Part shown: positions 1 through 12,720 of the stretch, one piece after another | How the letters are laid out: each line of letters opens with the position of its first letter | Position numbering within the stretch: position 1 is the first letter of the stretch | Source of the DNA: Eledone cirrhosa | Taxonomy: Eukaryota | NCBI GenBank assembly: GCA_964016885.1 | Contig: OZ024755.1 | Location: 37,634,001-37,698,000 of the forward strand | Direction: 5' to 3' | Length of the DNA stretch: 64,000 nt | Translations under genes and position numbers: made by a program | The notes under the pieces: model-generated | What the model was told of the DNA's origin: nothing | What the model saw: the letters and a program-made list of their open reading frames with translations, nothing else | Database searches by the model: none

Positions 1-59
1 ACAGTATGTACCACCCCATCCCAACTTCCCATACATCTCTCATGAGGACATGCTGAAAC

Positions 60-650
60 ACTGTAAAGTGGTCATGATAGTGACACAGTAAAAACACTCA
101 GCCTACACTGTAAAGTGGTCATGACAAAAAGCACCCAGTCCACTCTGTAAAGTGATCATGTAGGTGTCATGACAAAAAGCACCCAGCCCACACTGTAAAG
201 TGGTCGTGTAGGTGTCATAATAAAAAGCACCCAGTATACACTGTAGAGTGGTGGTGTAGGTGTCATAACAAAAAGCACCCAGCCCACACTGTAAAGTGGT
301 CGTATAGGTATCATAACAAAAAGCACCCAGTCCACACTGTAAAGTGGTCATATAGGTATCATAATAAAAAGCACCCAGTCCACACTGTAAAGTGGTCATA
401 TAGGTATCATAATAAAAAGCACCCAGTCCACACTGTAAAGTGGTCGTGTAGGTGCCACGACAAAAAGCACCAAGTACTAACTGTAAATGAGGTTGGGGTT
501 AGGAAGGGCATCCAGCTGTAGAAATCAAGCCAAAATCAGTTCTGAGTGAGCAAGACATGGTCACCTGACCTAACATTGCCTACAACCGAACAACTCGTCT
601 AACCCATGCCAGTGTCGAAAAATCAACAAAAAATGATGATGATGATAATG
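60..650 (+). mobile_element. Non-autonomous RTE-related element with an internal ~48-bp tandem array (~9 copies) and a (GAT)n tail
   Basis: Unit aaaaagcacccagtccacactgtaaagtggtc..., then ttaggaagggcatccagctgtagaaa and an RTE-like 3' end. Confidence 0.75.
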
Positions 651-994
651 ATACACATGTTTTCCTGGCTGAATATACTTAAGTGCAGAGTAGGCACAGA
701 AATATGGTAAAATCCCAATGGAGGGCTCTCTCTCCATTTTGGCTAAACCCCAGGTGAACCCACAAATTAGTGTTTGGGTTAAAATAGCCCACGTGAAATC
801 TTCTCTTTAATTATAATTTAAAAAATACATAGAAATCCAGAAACAGCTAATTTACCTCTTGAGAAAGTGAAATTTACCAAATAGGGGCAAAATTCATTCT
901 GAGTTGGGAACCCCTATTAAAGGTTCCCTGGTAAAATCTCAATAAGAGAGTTATGTGATAGAAGTGTTATATGTTCTGTGATAGTTTGACTTAC

Positions 995-1141
995 TGTGTG
1001 TATTGGTAATGTTTAGTAATAGACCACAGGCCACTGTACGAAGTTTTCCGATGTCACCACCTTTGTTATTATTGATATCTCTCATCAGGTCCAGCAAACA
1101 CTTCAGTCCATTCGTGGCATCGACACAATTTCGGGCATTGT
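995..1141 (-). CDS. RAP1GDS1: RAP1GDS1 coding exon (probable exon 5), (D)NARNCVDATNGLKCLLDLMRDINNNKGGDIGKLRTVACGLLLNITNTH
   Basis: Acceptor tcatccag and donor A|gtaagt. 147 nt, phase 1-1. KLRTVACGLLLN matches SmgGDS KLLTVFCGMLMN. No further exon was found within the window. Confidence 0.92.
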
Positions 1142-1163
1142 CTGGATGACAGAAAAACAAAAG

Positions 1164-1370
1164 ATTAGCATTTAAACTGGCCATATCGGCCAGAATTCTC
1201 TCACCTCTTTCTGTTCAAACTGGTCGTAATCGGCCACTCATACTGATGTTAAGGTATTGTTCTCAAAATAAATAATATCAAAATCTCATAGATTCGATAT
1301 TATGTGAGGTAAAGCCTTTACCGTGAAAATATAATAGTATATATAGAGTAATGTAAATGGTAAAGGGTTA
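1164..1370. mobile_element. piggyBac-type MITE (~220 bp), left terminus clipped
   Basis: Matches the complete copy at 49783-50007 and ends aaagggttaa. Confidence 0.75.
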
Positions 1371-1389
1371 AATTAATTACATTATCATT

Positions 1390-1583
1390 ATGGCAGTGGA
1401 TTGGCAGTATCAGTAGAGTTACGGCCCTTTACATTCTGAGGTCAAATCCCACTAAGGGTAGCTTTGCCTTTCATCCTTTCGGTGTCAATAAAATAAAGTA
1501 CCAGTAACACACTGGCGTCGATTTAATCAACTTTCCCCTCTCGCAAAGTTGATGGCCTTGTGCCTAAATCAGAAACCATTATT
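1390..1583 (+). mobile_element. SINE family B (Nin/Deu-like domain), diverged copy
   Basis: ggcagtggattggcagtatc head and ctttgcctttcatcctttcggtgtcaataaaataaagtacc core. Confidence 0.75.
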
Positions 1584-1587
1584 ACAA

Positions 1588-3052
1588 GCGGCCGAAATGG
1601 GATTTCTCTGAAGGGTCTTTGGAGTAACGTTACTTGATAGAGTTGCGTAGCTCAGTGATTAGAGAGTTACTTGTGGTAGAGCTGCTACTCCTCCAAATTG
1701 AGAGATCACAGCTCTGATACTATGGACATGTGGTTAGAATGTCTCAGGAAAGAGTCACTGGAGAGTCACTCAAGGTAGAGCTGTTACTTCTCTGAATTGA
1801 GAGATCACAGCTCTGATACTATGGACATGTGGTTAGAATGTCTCAGGAAAGAATCACTGGAGAGTTACTCCAGGTAGAGCTGCTACTTCTCTGAATTGAG
1901 AGATCACAGCTCTGATACTATGGACATGTGGTTAGAATGTCTCAGGAAAGAATCACTGGAGAGTTACTCCAGGTAGAGCTGCTACTTCTCTGAATTGAGA
2001 GATCACAGCTCTGATACTATGGACATGTGGTTAGAATGTCTCAGGAAAGAATCACTGGAGAGTTACTCCAGGTAGAGCTGCTACTTCTCTGAATTGAGAG
2101 ATCACAGCTCTGATACTATGGACATGTGGTTAGAATGTCTCAGGAAAGAATCACTGGAGAGTTACTCCAGGTAGAGCTGCTACTTCTCTGAATTGAGAGA
2201 TCACAGCTCTGATACTATGGACATGTGGTTAGAATGTCTCAGGAAAGAATCACTGGAGAGTTACTCCAGGTAGAGCTGCTACTTCTCTGAATTGAGATAT
2301 CACAGCTCTGATACTATGGACAGGTGGTTAGAATGTCTCAGGAAAGAATCACTGGAGAGTCACTCCAGGTAGAGCTGCTACTTCTCTGAATTGAGATATC
2401 ACAACTCTGATACTATGGCCAGGTGGTTAGAATGTCTCAGGAAAGAATCACTGGAGAGTTACTCCAGGTAGAGCTGCTACTTCTCCGAATTGAGATATCA
2501 CAGCTCTGATACTATGGTCATGTGGTTAGAATGTCTCAGGAAAGAATCACTGGAGAGTCACTCCAGGTAGAGCTGCTACTTCTCTGAATTGAGATATCAC
2601 AGCTCTGATACTATGGTCATGTGGTTAGAATGTCTCAGGAAAGAATCACTGGAGAGTTACTCCAGGTAGAGCTGCTACTTCTCTGAATTTAGATATCACA
2701 GCTCTGATACTATGGACAGGTGGTTAGAATGTCTCAGGAAAGAATCACTGGAGAGTCACTCCAGGTAGAGCTGCTACTTCTCTGAATTGAGATATCACAA
2801 CTCTGATACTATGGCCAGGTGGTTAGAATGTCTCAGGAAAGAATCACTGGAGAGTTACTCCAGGTAGAGCTGCTACTTCTCCGAATTGAGATATCACAGC
2901 TCTGATACTATGGTCATGTGGTTAGAATGTCTCAGGAAAGAATCACTGGACAGATTTTATGAGCAAAACGAACTGGCAGGAGGTCTAGGGGTGCTGGCTG
3001 GTCTTGTTTGGGGATCCAGCCGGATCAGTTGGAGACGGTTGCTTCTGACAGA
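1588..3052 (+). mobile_element. Expander/Rex3-like RTE 3' fragment with an internal 99-bp tandem array (~13 copies)
   Basis: Decayed translation AAEMGFL*RVFGVTLLDR...IERSQL*YYGHVVRMSQER. Period 99 (1851 to 1950). Confidence 0.8.
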
Positions 3053-3055
3053 AGA

Positions 3056-4523
3056 AGTGGACTGGGTGCTGTTTATCATGACACCAACACTACTACCATT
3101 ACAGGGTGGAGTAGGTGTTTTTTATGACACCAACACTACTACCATTATGGGGTGGAGTAGATGTTTTTTATTATGACACCAACACTACTACCATTACAGG
3201 GTGGAGTAGGTGTTTTTTATGACACCAACACTACTACCATTACAGGGTGGAGTAGGTGTTTTTTATGACACCAACACTACTACCATTATGGGGTGGAGTA
3301 GATGTTTTTTATTATGACACCAACACTACTACCATTACAGGGTGTAGTAGGTGTTTTTTATGACATCAACACTACTACTATTATGGGGTGGAGTAGATGT
3401 TTTTTATTATGACACCAACACTACTACCATTACAGGGTGGAGTAGGTGTTTTTTATGACATCAACACTACTACTATTATGGGGTGGAGTAGATGTTTTTT
3501 ATTATGACACCAACACTACTACCATTACAGGGTGGAGTAGGTGTTTTTTATGACACCAACACTACTACCATTATGGAGTGGAGTAGATGTTTTTTATTAT
3601 GACACCAACACTACTACCATTACAGGGTGGAGTAGGTGTTTTTTATGACACCAACACTACTACTATTATGGGGTGGAGTAGATGTTTTTTATTATGACAC
3701 CAACACTACTACCATTACAGGGTGGAGTAGGTGTTTTTTATGACATCAACACTACTACCATTACAGGGTGGAGTAGGTGTTTTTTATCAGGACACCAACA
3801 CTACTACCATTACAGGGTGGAGTAGTTGTTTTTTATGACACCAACACTACTACCATTACAGGGTGGAGTAGGTGTTTTTTATGACACCAACACTACTACC
3901 ATTACAGGGTGGAGTAGGTGTTTTTTATGACACCAACACTACTACCATTACAGGGTGGAGTAGGTGTTTTTTATGACACCAACACTACTACCATTACAGG
4001 GTGGAGTAGTTGTTTTTTATGACACCAACACTACTACCATTACAGGGTGGAGTAGGTGTTTTTTATGACACCAACACTACTACTATTATGGGGTGGAGTA
4101 GATGTTTTTTATCATGACACCAACACTACTACCATTACAGGGTGGAGTAGGTGTTTTTTATGACACCAACACTACTACCATTATGGGGTGGAGTAGATGT
4201 TTTTTATTATGACACCAACACTACTACCATTACAGGGTGGAGTAGGTGTTTTTTATGACATCAACACTACTACCATTACAGGGTGGAGTAGGTGTTTTTT
4301 ATCAGGACACCAACACTACTACCATTACAGGGTGGAGTAGATGTTTTTTATCAGGACACCAACACTACTACCATTACAGGGTGGAGTAGTTGTTTTTTAT
4401 GACACCAACACTACTACCATTACAGGGTGGAGTAGGTGTTTTTTATCATGACACCAACACTACTACCATTACAGGGTGGAGTAGATGTTTTTTATTATGA
4501 CACCAACACTACCACCATTACAG
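3056..4523 (-). repeat. 45-48-bp minisatellite (~31 copies), related to the RTE/SINE internal unit in reverse orientation
   Basis: Unit atgacaccaacactactaccattacagggtggagtaggtgtttttt; array starts gtggactgggtgctg. Confidence 0.85.
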
Positions 4524-4753
4524 CATTAGAGTGTGTCTTTGGTCAGGTGGGGAGAGTCATTAATGGGCTTGGGATGGTGGTTATGCTGCTTGATGGAGTG
4601 GGGGAAGGGTCAGTCATCCCACCTTGGAACAGGAAGTGCTGGGATATGGGGTCACTTTTGAAGAAATGGAGACATGTTTGACATACTGTGGAAAATGTGT
4701 CTCAGTTAAATAGACAAATTACAATGGAGTAGAAATTTGAGAAGAGCTTTTAC

Positions 4754-4879
4754 CATTTTCATAACATATGTTGCCTAAGGCTCTGCAAGCCTGGACAGCT
4801 TTATTTATATCTGAACTCTGTAACATCTTCACCAATACTGGAACCATTTCACCATCTACAAATGGCTGCCGAAGAGATT
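4754..4879 (-). CDS. RAP1GDS1: RAP1GDS1 coding exon (probable exon 4), armadillo repeat (E)SLRQPFVDGEMVPVLVKMLQSSDINKAVQACRALGNICYEN
   Basis: Acceptor ttttaaag and donor G|gtaaaa. 126 nt, phase 1-1. RALGNICY is a SmgGDS hallmark motif. Confidence 0.95.
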
Positions 4880-4940
4880 CTTTAAAAAAATAGAGAAAAA
4901 GAGATAAATTAAATCTGAACCATTTTGTGGGCAGATTTCT

Positions 4941-5062
4941 ATAGTGGACTGTAGATTTCTGTGGTACATAGTTATAGTAGTGAGTTATAGTGGACTGTAG
5001 ATTTCTGTGGTACATAGTTATAGTAGTGAGTTATAGTGGACTGTAGATTTCTGTGGTACATA
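4941..5062. repeat. 46-bp tandem repeat, ~2.6 copies
   Basis: atagtggactgtagatttctgtggtacata at 4941, 4987 and 5033. Confidence 0.85.
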
Positions 5063-5065
5063 CTT

Positions 5066-5400
5066 ATCATCATCCAGTGGCCTCAGCCAAAATAGACTCA
5101 ACAATTGATCTCCGCGTGGGTCTGTCGTTCATTGCCGTTGCCAAGTCCTGGATTTCAATACCAGAATCTCTGGAGATGACATCGGGGTAGGAGAGCTTGC
5201 ACCCCCTGTTATTAGTGACTGCTTGAGGTTTCCAAAGCACTAATGGGGACACAGCCTCATAGGTGGCACGATGGCAGTGGCCAAACACATCTTACTCTCC
5301 TTTTACATACAATGACAGATATGTGTGGGAGATCGGCATAGATCTCTCCCAAAGGCAGTGAGTTATACCAGCCTGTTTACAACTGTACCATTCTATTGAC
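5066..5400 (-). mobile_element. LINE (RTE-like) 3' end fragment
   Basis: FGHCHRA...LVLWKP...SYPDVISRDSG...AMNDR, a typical RT C-terminal region, with a short (GAT) tail. Confidence 0.6.
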
Positions 5401-5492
5401 ACCATCCTGATTACAGATGTGTATAGAACTCTACCACTTTAGTGGGTAAAAGACCATTAATCCTTTAGCATTTAAACTGGCCATATCCGGCC

Positions 5493-5875
5493 GGAGTTCA
5501 AATCCCGCTGAGGTTAACTTTGCCGTTCATTCTTACAGGGTTGATAAAATAAAATACCAGTAATGCACTGGGATAATTGCTGGCCTTGTGTCAAAAGTAG
5601 AAACAATTATTTTATGTACTATACATGCACCTTTGACGAGTTGTAGTGCACCTGAGCACTGTACATAATAATTTTCATTATTAGTATTGGAGGATTGGCA
5701 GTATCGATAGAAGGTTGGACGCCATGCTTTGCAACATAGAGTTACGCCCCTTTATGGTCTGAGTTCAAATCCCGCCGAGGTTAACTTTGCCTTTCATCCT
5801 TACGGGGTCGATAAAATAAAGCACCAGGATAATTGCTGGCCTTGTGCCAAAAGTAGAAACAATTATTATTATTAT
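5493..5875 (+). mobile_element. Two SINE family B copies (5493-5610 partial; 5690-5875)
   Basis: gagttcaaatccc B-box-like motif, Nin-like core and aattatt tail. Confidence 0.8.
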
Positions 5876-5966
5876 ATGACTGCATCAAGGAATCAAAACT
5901 GAGGCATGAATTGAACTTTCTGGGAATTTATCACTTTCTCAAAAATTTGAAAGAAACTACACTTAC

Positions 5967-6098
5967 CAATTTTGGCCAACTCTGCGATGATGTTGGCAAT
6001 TTTCTGATGAGGACCATTCTCTGACTTCATTAACTGGTTGAACTCTTGAATTAATTCGGTCAGAAGTTGTTGGTCTGCAGAAACACTATCAGTACTTT
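5967..6098 (-). CDS. RAP1GDS1: RAP1GDS1 coding exon (probable exon 3), (E)STDSVSADQQLLTELIQEFNQLMKSENGPHQKIANIIAELAKI
   Basis: Acceptor ttttccag and donor G|gtaagt. 132 nt, phase 1-1. KIANIIAELAK matches SmgGDS KVANIIAEVAK. Confidence 0.92.
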
Positions 6099-6269
6099 CT
6101 GGAAAAGATTATATATATATATTAGTAGAAATTTTTTTGTCATTCTGGTGTCACAGTGTTGAGAATTCAACAATTTCTCTCACACAATTATTTGACACCT
6201 ATTTTTTATTTAACCCATTAACATTTACATTACTCTATATATACTATTGTATATTGACAGTAAAGGCTT

Positions 6270-6568
6270 TGCAATCGAAAGGTTGTGAGTTCAATTCTCT
6301 GACCGGGTGATGTGTTGTTTCCTTGAGCAAGACACTTTATTTCACATTGCTCCAGTTTACTCAGCTGTAGAAATGAGATTATAGGGACTGGGGTCCCTAT
6401 CATTCCACTGCAAAGTGGTCGTGGAGGTGCCACGGCAAAAAAAAGCACCCAGCACTCACTGTAAATGAGGTTGGTGATAGGAAGGGCATCCAGCTGTAGA
6501 AATCAAGCCAGAATCAGTTCCCGTCCCACCCTTGCAAGCAGGGAAAAGCGGATGTAAAATGATGATGA
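6270..6568 (+). mobile_element. SINE family A (tRNA head, CORE-like body, RTE-derived tail), 5' clipped, abutting a piggyBac-MITE remnant
   Basis: ccttgagcaagacacttt...ccagtttactcagctgtagaaatg resembles the CORE domain. 3' end cttgcaagcagggaaaagcggatgtaaaatgatgatga. Confidence 0.85.
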
Positions 6569-6573
6569 CATAC

Positions 6574-6618
<45 letters not shown>

Positions 6619-6793
6619 CACACACACACACATATATATATATACACACACACACATATATATATATACACACACACATATATATATATATACACACACA
6701 CACATATATATACACACACACATATATATATATATACACACACACACATATATATACACACACACATATATATATATATATATACACACACAC

Positions 6794-6824
<31 letters not shown>

Positions 6825-7207
6825 TATACATATATATATATAAACACACACATATACATATATATATATACACACACACATATATACATATATATATACA
6901 CACACACACATATATACATATACACACACACACATATATACATATACACACACACACATATATACATATATATATATACACACACACATATATATATATA
7001 TACACACACATATATATATATATACACACACACACATATATATATATACACACACACACATATATATATACACACACACACATATATATATACACACACA
7101 CACACATATATATATACACACACACACACACATATATATACACACACACACACATATATATACACACACACACACATATATATATACACACACACACATA
7201 TATACAC

Positions 7208-7282
<75 letters not shown>

Positions 7283-7388
7283 TATATATATATCTATACA
7301 TATATATACACACACACATATATATAGAAAAGAAAATTTTCGCTCTACATAGAGGAATCTATTATATATATATATATATATATAATAT
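6569..7388. repeat. Compound (CA)n/(TA)n microsatellite
   Basis: Seen directly. Confidence 0.95.
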
Positions 7389-7389
7389 A

Positions 7390-7920
7390 AAAAAATTTCG
7401 CTCTATATGGCTGAATACAATAAATATAATCTGAGTTTTTCGAATATTAATAATAACATTCGATTCGTTTGCAATTATGGAGGCAAGCCTCAATTTTATA
7501 GCCATGTCAGTAGAATGAACACTTCATTCTTGCTCTTGTGTTGGCATGTGAACAGAACTGCAGACACTAATGTTTCTGGGTATCACCCTTCATCAGTACA
7601 GCTCACTGTTCACCTGCCAAACTGTCAGAGCTAGTGAAAATATATGCTAGTTTCAAAAATACACAGTACTGATCGGCCTGATTTACATATTAGCAGACTG
7701 GCTGATCAGTGAGATCTGCATATTAGCAGATCCACTGATGGGCCAGATTTGCATATCAGCAAAGATAGTTTCCAGTTAGTTTCCTGTATACGAGCGATAA
7801 ATGGCTGGCTTTGCCAAATTGAGACTTGCTTGCATAATTGCAAACGAATCGAATTATTAATATTCAAAAAACTCAGATTACATTTATTGTATTCAACCAT
7901 GTAGAGCGAAAATTTTCTCT
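7390..7920. mobile_element. Non-autonomous DNA transposon with ~110-bp terminal inverted repeats, superfamily unassigned
   Basis: aaatttcgctctatatggctgaatacaataaat...gcaagcctcaattt is mirrored at 7816-7918. Confidence 0.7.
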
Positions 7921-8449
7921 TTTATTTGAACTTGGCAAAGCCGGCCATAGAAATCAAATTTGCAATTGTCTTCTTTGTCTTTGGAAGCAGACAATTTATG
8001 AATTGTAAGAGTGGTCAGGCCAATTGGCTACACTATTCCCTGCTCATAAACAGATCCGTATTTCTGAGCTGGGTGGTCCCGTTATGGGAGGGATCTGACC
8101 AGTTGGCTGCAATGAACGTTGCTCATAGTTGGAGCTATATTTCGGCCGGGTTTTTACAGCTGCTAGATGTCCTTTCTATCAGCAACCATGTTTACAGTGT
8201 GGGACTGTGTGTTCCCATTATGAGGAGGGTCTTTCCAGTTGGCTGTGCCAGACCTTACTAATACAGAACAGCACACATATATACAAACACCTTTGTTCAT
8301 TTTAATACTATTCATAAATTCTATGTAATTGTCCTGTCACAACACTGCACCAATGATGAAGTCAGAACCTCAGAAATGGAGCCTAGCTATGGTTAAGTAG
8401 GAACGTAGATCTAAATATATCTACTATTTGATTCTACAACTCTGCTTTT

Positions 8450-9668
8450 GTCTACTACTACCACTACTACTGCAGTTCCTGCTACTACTACTACTGCTTC
8501 TGCTGCTGCTACTACCACCACCACCACTGCTACTACTACAACCATCATCCACTGTTATTGCTGCTACTACTACTACCACCACCACCACTGCTGCTATTGA
8601 TACTACTACTACTACAAATACCACCACTGCTACTACCATCACCACTGCTGCTGTTGCTGCCGCTACTACTACTACAACCACCACCACTGTTACTACTACT
8701 ACCATCACCACCACCACTGCTACTACTACAACCATCATCCACTGTTATTGCTGCTACTACTACTACCACCACCACCACTGCTGCTATTGATACTACTACT
8801 ACTAAAAATACCACCACTGCAACTACTACTACTACCACCACCACCACTGCTGCTATTGATACTACTACTACTAAAAATACCACCACTGCAACTACTACTA
8901 CTACCACCACCACCACCACCACTGCTACTACTACCACCACCACTGCTATTTCTACTACCACCACCACTGCTATTGCTACTACTACCACCACCACTGCTAT
9001 TGCTACTACTACTACCACCACTGCTATTGCTACTACTACCACCACCACTGCTATTGCTACTACTACCACCACCACTGCTATTGCTACTACTACCACCACC
9101 ACTGCTATTGCTACTACTACCACCACCACTGCTATTGCTATTACTACCACCACCACTGCTATTGCTATTACTACCACCACCACTGCTATTGCTACTACTA
9201 CCACCACCACTGCTATTGCTACTACTACCACCACCACTGCTATTGCTACTACTACCACCACCACTGCTATTGCTACTACTACCACCACCACTGCTATTGC
9301 TACTACTACCACCACCACTGCTATTGCTACTACTACCACCACCACTGCTATTGCTACTACTACCACCACCACTGCTATTGCTACTACTACCACCACCACT
9401 GCTATTGCTACTACTACCACCACCACTGCTATTGCTACTACTACCACCACCACTGCTATTGCTACTACTACCACCACCACTGCTATTGCTACTACTACCA
9501 CCACCACTGCTATTGCTACTACTACCACCACCACTGCTATTGCTACTACTACCACCATTCCAATCAATCATAATTACTATGATTGTTTTCATCAATTTCA
9601 TAACTTCTGCCATCATCATCATCACCTCCACCATCACTATCATCACCACCACACCACCACCAGCAGCA
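8450..9668. repeat. (CAC/TAC/TGC) trinucleotide-derived repeat containing a 21-bp unit array
   Basis: Unit gctattgctactactaccaccaccact-type across 8940-9557. Confidence 0.95.
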
Positions 9669-9925
9669 TTGATCATTCATTTTTATTTTTTTATTTTCTT
9701 ATTTAAATAGTTTCTTCCACAATTGTTGCCATAACAACTCCATCTACTATTGTAACAAACTAGTTAGGGGGGGGGGGGCATCAACATGGTCTTTTGGCCT
9801 GCCAGAAATAGCAGTCACATCTCCCTCAAATCCTATCTTATATAAACATTTGACATATATAACTGTTTCTACTTTTGGCACAAGGCCAGCAATTACCCAG
9901 TACATTACTAACCAAACACTTTACA

Positions 9926-10112
9926 GCAGGGTCCCCCTGAGGACCACATGGGTCACATATGTGTTGTCTGAGGACCACACAAGACAACTAATTACGCACA
10001 TTACAACACATTTTAAAAATCTTATATTACAAAGATAAAACATGCTCGTGCTGTAAAAACCTTTGTACGGGCCGCAGGTGTGCTTGTAAAGGGCCACATG
10101 TTTAACATGCGG
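9926..10112. mobile_element. hAT-type MITE, degenerate reverse copy of 22803-23003
   Basis: gaggaccacatgggtcacatatgtgttgtctgagg is the reverse complement of the 22940-22978 region. Confidence 0.65.
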
Positions 10113-10994
10113 CCCTTTACAGAGTGTTCTGTGTGTATTTTATTGTGACACCAGCACTAGGGAATTTGTCATGTCTTTGATGTGACTGAAATGTGCTCTC
10201 TACATCTGAATGCCTTTCCTAATGCCAACATCCTTACAGAGTGTACAGGATGCATTTTACAAAGGTACCTGTACTCAGGAAGTTGTCAGGTCCTCTGTAC
10301 TTGCTAGGTTCTGTGAAGTCGACTCCATTGAAATAGTTGCATGAGAAAGAGGGGGTGGGGCAGAGAGGGGGGAAGGGGGGATGAGGAGGAAATGGAGGAA
10401 GGAGGGGGGAGACAGAGAGATAGAAGAGAGGGAGGAGGAGAGACAGAGAGATATGGGGAGAGTGAGAGAGGGAGCAAGAGAGGGTAAGGGGGATGGAGAG
10501 AGAGAGAGAGAGAGAGGGGGATATCTCCAGCAATTATACACAGATTAGAATAACATGTCCCTGTTCCACAGAAATACTGAAATGTTTCACTGGTAGGAAG
10601 CTGACCAAACAACTTCAATCTTACTCCACAGGTTAGGCCATGTTTAACTTGTCTGGTCATATTGATTTCTTTGTTGATAAGTAAAAATATTATTAATTGG
10701 TGGGAGAAAGGGTTAATGAGCCTAGAAGCTGCTGCTGTTGAGGATTGTGGGTGAAGGAGATGGTATTACAGGTATGACTGATACTGCTCAGTGTGTTCAC
10801 CAAATTTCCCCCATACAAAAACCCTGTACTACCTCATCAAACCACATAAAAATCATTGCAGTATCACCTCTCCGCACATTTACACCTCTTGAACATATGT
10901 CATCTCATAGAGGAAATTGAAGTGTCTGCTGCTACAACAAACAAAAAATTCTGTCCACTTTTTTAAAGGTTCTTTTTCTTCTTCTTCACCCCCT

Positions 10995-12230
10995 TATTCC
11001 TGAGAGGGTCGTGGGGTGTACTCCTTCCAGCCTGTCAGAAGCAACCATCTCCAACTGATCCTCCAGCCAAGCTCATAGATGTTATCCAACCATCTAGCTT
11101 GGGGTCTACCACTGGGTCTCCTACCGGTTGATTTTGCCCATAAAATCTGTCCAGCAATTCTTTCCTGAGATATTCTAACCACATGCCCATAGTATTGGAC
11201 CTGTGATCTCTCAATTAAGAGATGTAGCGGCTTTATCTGGAGTCTTAAATTTGGATGCGTTTACTCTCTCTGCTGCGATTCTTTGTACTTGCTTGTACCT
11301 CAAGTGCAAGAAGGAGGACTTATTTCCAAGCCAAGCTTTGTAAGCCTTCTTCTTTGCTCTGATAGCATCTTTGACCTCTTGATTGAAGCAAGGTGTCCTC
11401 CAAGCCTCTTTTGCCTGCAGCATTTAACAGCTGAAGCAGAAACTACTGAGCTGATCAATCTCCACTCTGTCTCAATGTCATCAGTTTGCTCAGGGAGTTC
11501 TCCAAATTTGGATGCAATAGTATCTGCATACCTGGTCCTGACTTTCTTATCCACCATTGCTTGCCAGTTTATCATGTAGGTTGACCTGGATCTGCTAGTT
11601 TTGTGGGCTTTTTTGGCTTTAGGTAGTCTCAAGCTGCAGGTAACTAGATGGTGATCAGTTGACAGCTTAAACCCTCCTTTAACATGACCATCCAGCACAG
11701 AATCAAAGAGATGAGTGACAATAATAAAATCAATTATTGATCTTCATCCCTGATTCCCCTTACACCATGTATATTTATGGATGTCTCTGTGTTGGAAGAA
11801 GGTGTTTATAATAGAGATTCCATTGCTAGAACAGAAGTCTAGTAAGGCCTCACCATTTGTATTTAGATAGGGGTCACTATTCTTCCCAATCCCTCCTTTC
11901 CATGTCAGGTCCTCAATGCTAACATGTGTATTGAAGTTTCCCACCAGGATATATGACTCAGTCTTAACTACATCCAATGCTGCAGTCACTTCATCAAGGA
12001 AGGACCTGTATTTGCACTCCTTGCTTGGTGCATAAACTTGCACCACCCACAGAAACTTGCCTTTCAGTCTATCCTTCAAGAGGCAAATCCTCCCTCCTAA
12101 CGGGATCCAGTCCATAACACATTCTGACAGCCGGGGGCTTGTGAGTATCCCCACTCCTGCCTGTGAAGTCATTTCTGGTGCCACACCTGAATAGTGGAGT
12201 TTCTATCCTCCATCCAAATCTACAGTATCA
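10995..12230 (-). mobile_element. Expander/Rex3-like RTE LINE, internally deleted (APE endonuclease fused to the 3' end, RT missing)
   Basis: AGVGIL, VQVYAP, VGNFN, NTFFQHRDIHKYTW and STDHHLV endonuclease motifs; near 11240 it jumps to GHVVR...GRRPSGRPQARWLD. Confidence 0.85.
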
Positions 12231-12277
12231 AAAGTTTATATCCCTAATTTTCTTCAATTACCTAATGGTCAATATAT

Positions 12278-12720
12278 GGAGGCACATGGCTTAGTGGTTA
12301 GAGCATTGTCCTTGCAATCGAAAGGTTGTGAGTTCAATTCTCAGACTGGGTGATGTGTTGTTTCCTTAAGCAAGACACTTTATTTCACATTGCACCAGTT
12401 TACTCAGCTGTAGAAATGAGATGATAGGGACTAGAGTCCATATCATTCCACTGCAAAGTGGTCGTGGAGGTGCCACGGCCAAAAAGCACTCACCACTCTC
12501 TGTAGAGTGGTCGTGGAGGTGTAACGGCAAAAAAAAAGCACCCAGCACTCACTGTAAAGTGGTCGTGGAGGTGTCACGGCAAAAAAAAGCACCCAGCACT
12601 CACTGTAAATGAGGTTGGTGTTAGGAAGGGCATCCAGCTGTAGAAATCAAACCAGAATCAGTTCCCGTCCCACCCTTGCAAGCAGGGAAAAGCGGACGTA
12701 AAATGAAATGATGATGATGT
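12278..12720 (+). mobile_element. SINE family A, full length, with three copies of the internal ~48-bp unit
   Basis: tRNA-like head ggcttagtggttagagca...ttgcaat...gagttcaattc, CORE-like body, RTE tail. Confidence 0.9.

Noticed and set aside
6456-9710. Long ORFs rich in CVYI, poly-T, poly-V or poly-P
   Set aside because: They are translations of di- and trinucleotide microsatellites, open in several frames. The same applies to 18196-22369, 43017-43770 and 58610-60055.
12278-12350. tRNA-Cys gene
   Set aside because: The A/B-box-like head with a TTGCAAT loop lacks a proper acceptor stem and continues into a SINE body in about ten copies.
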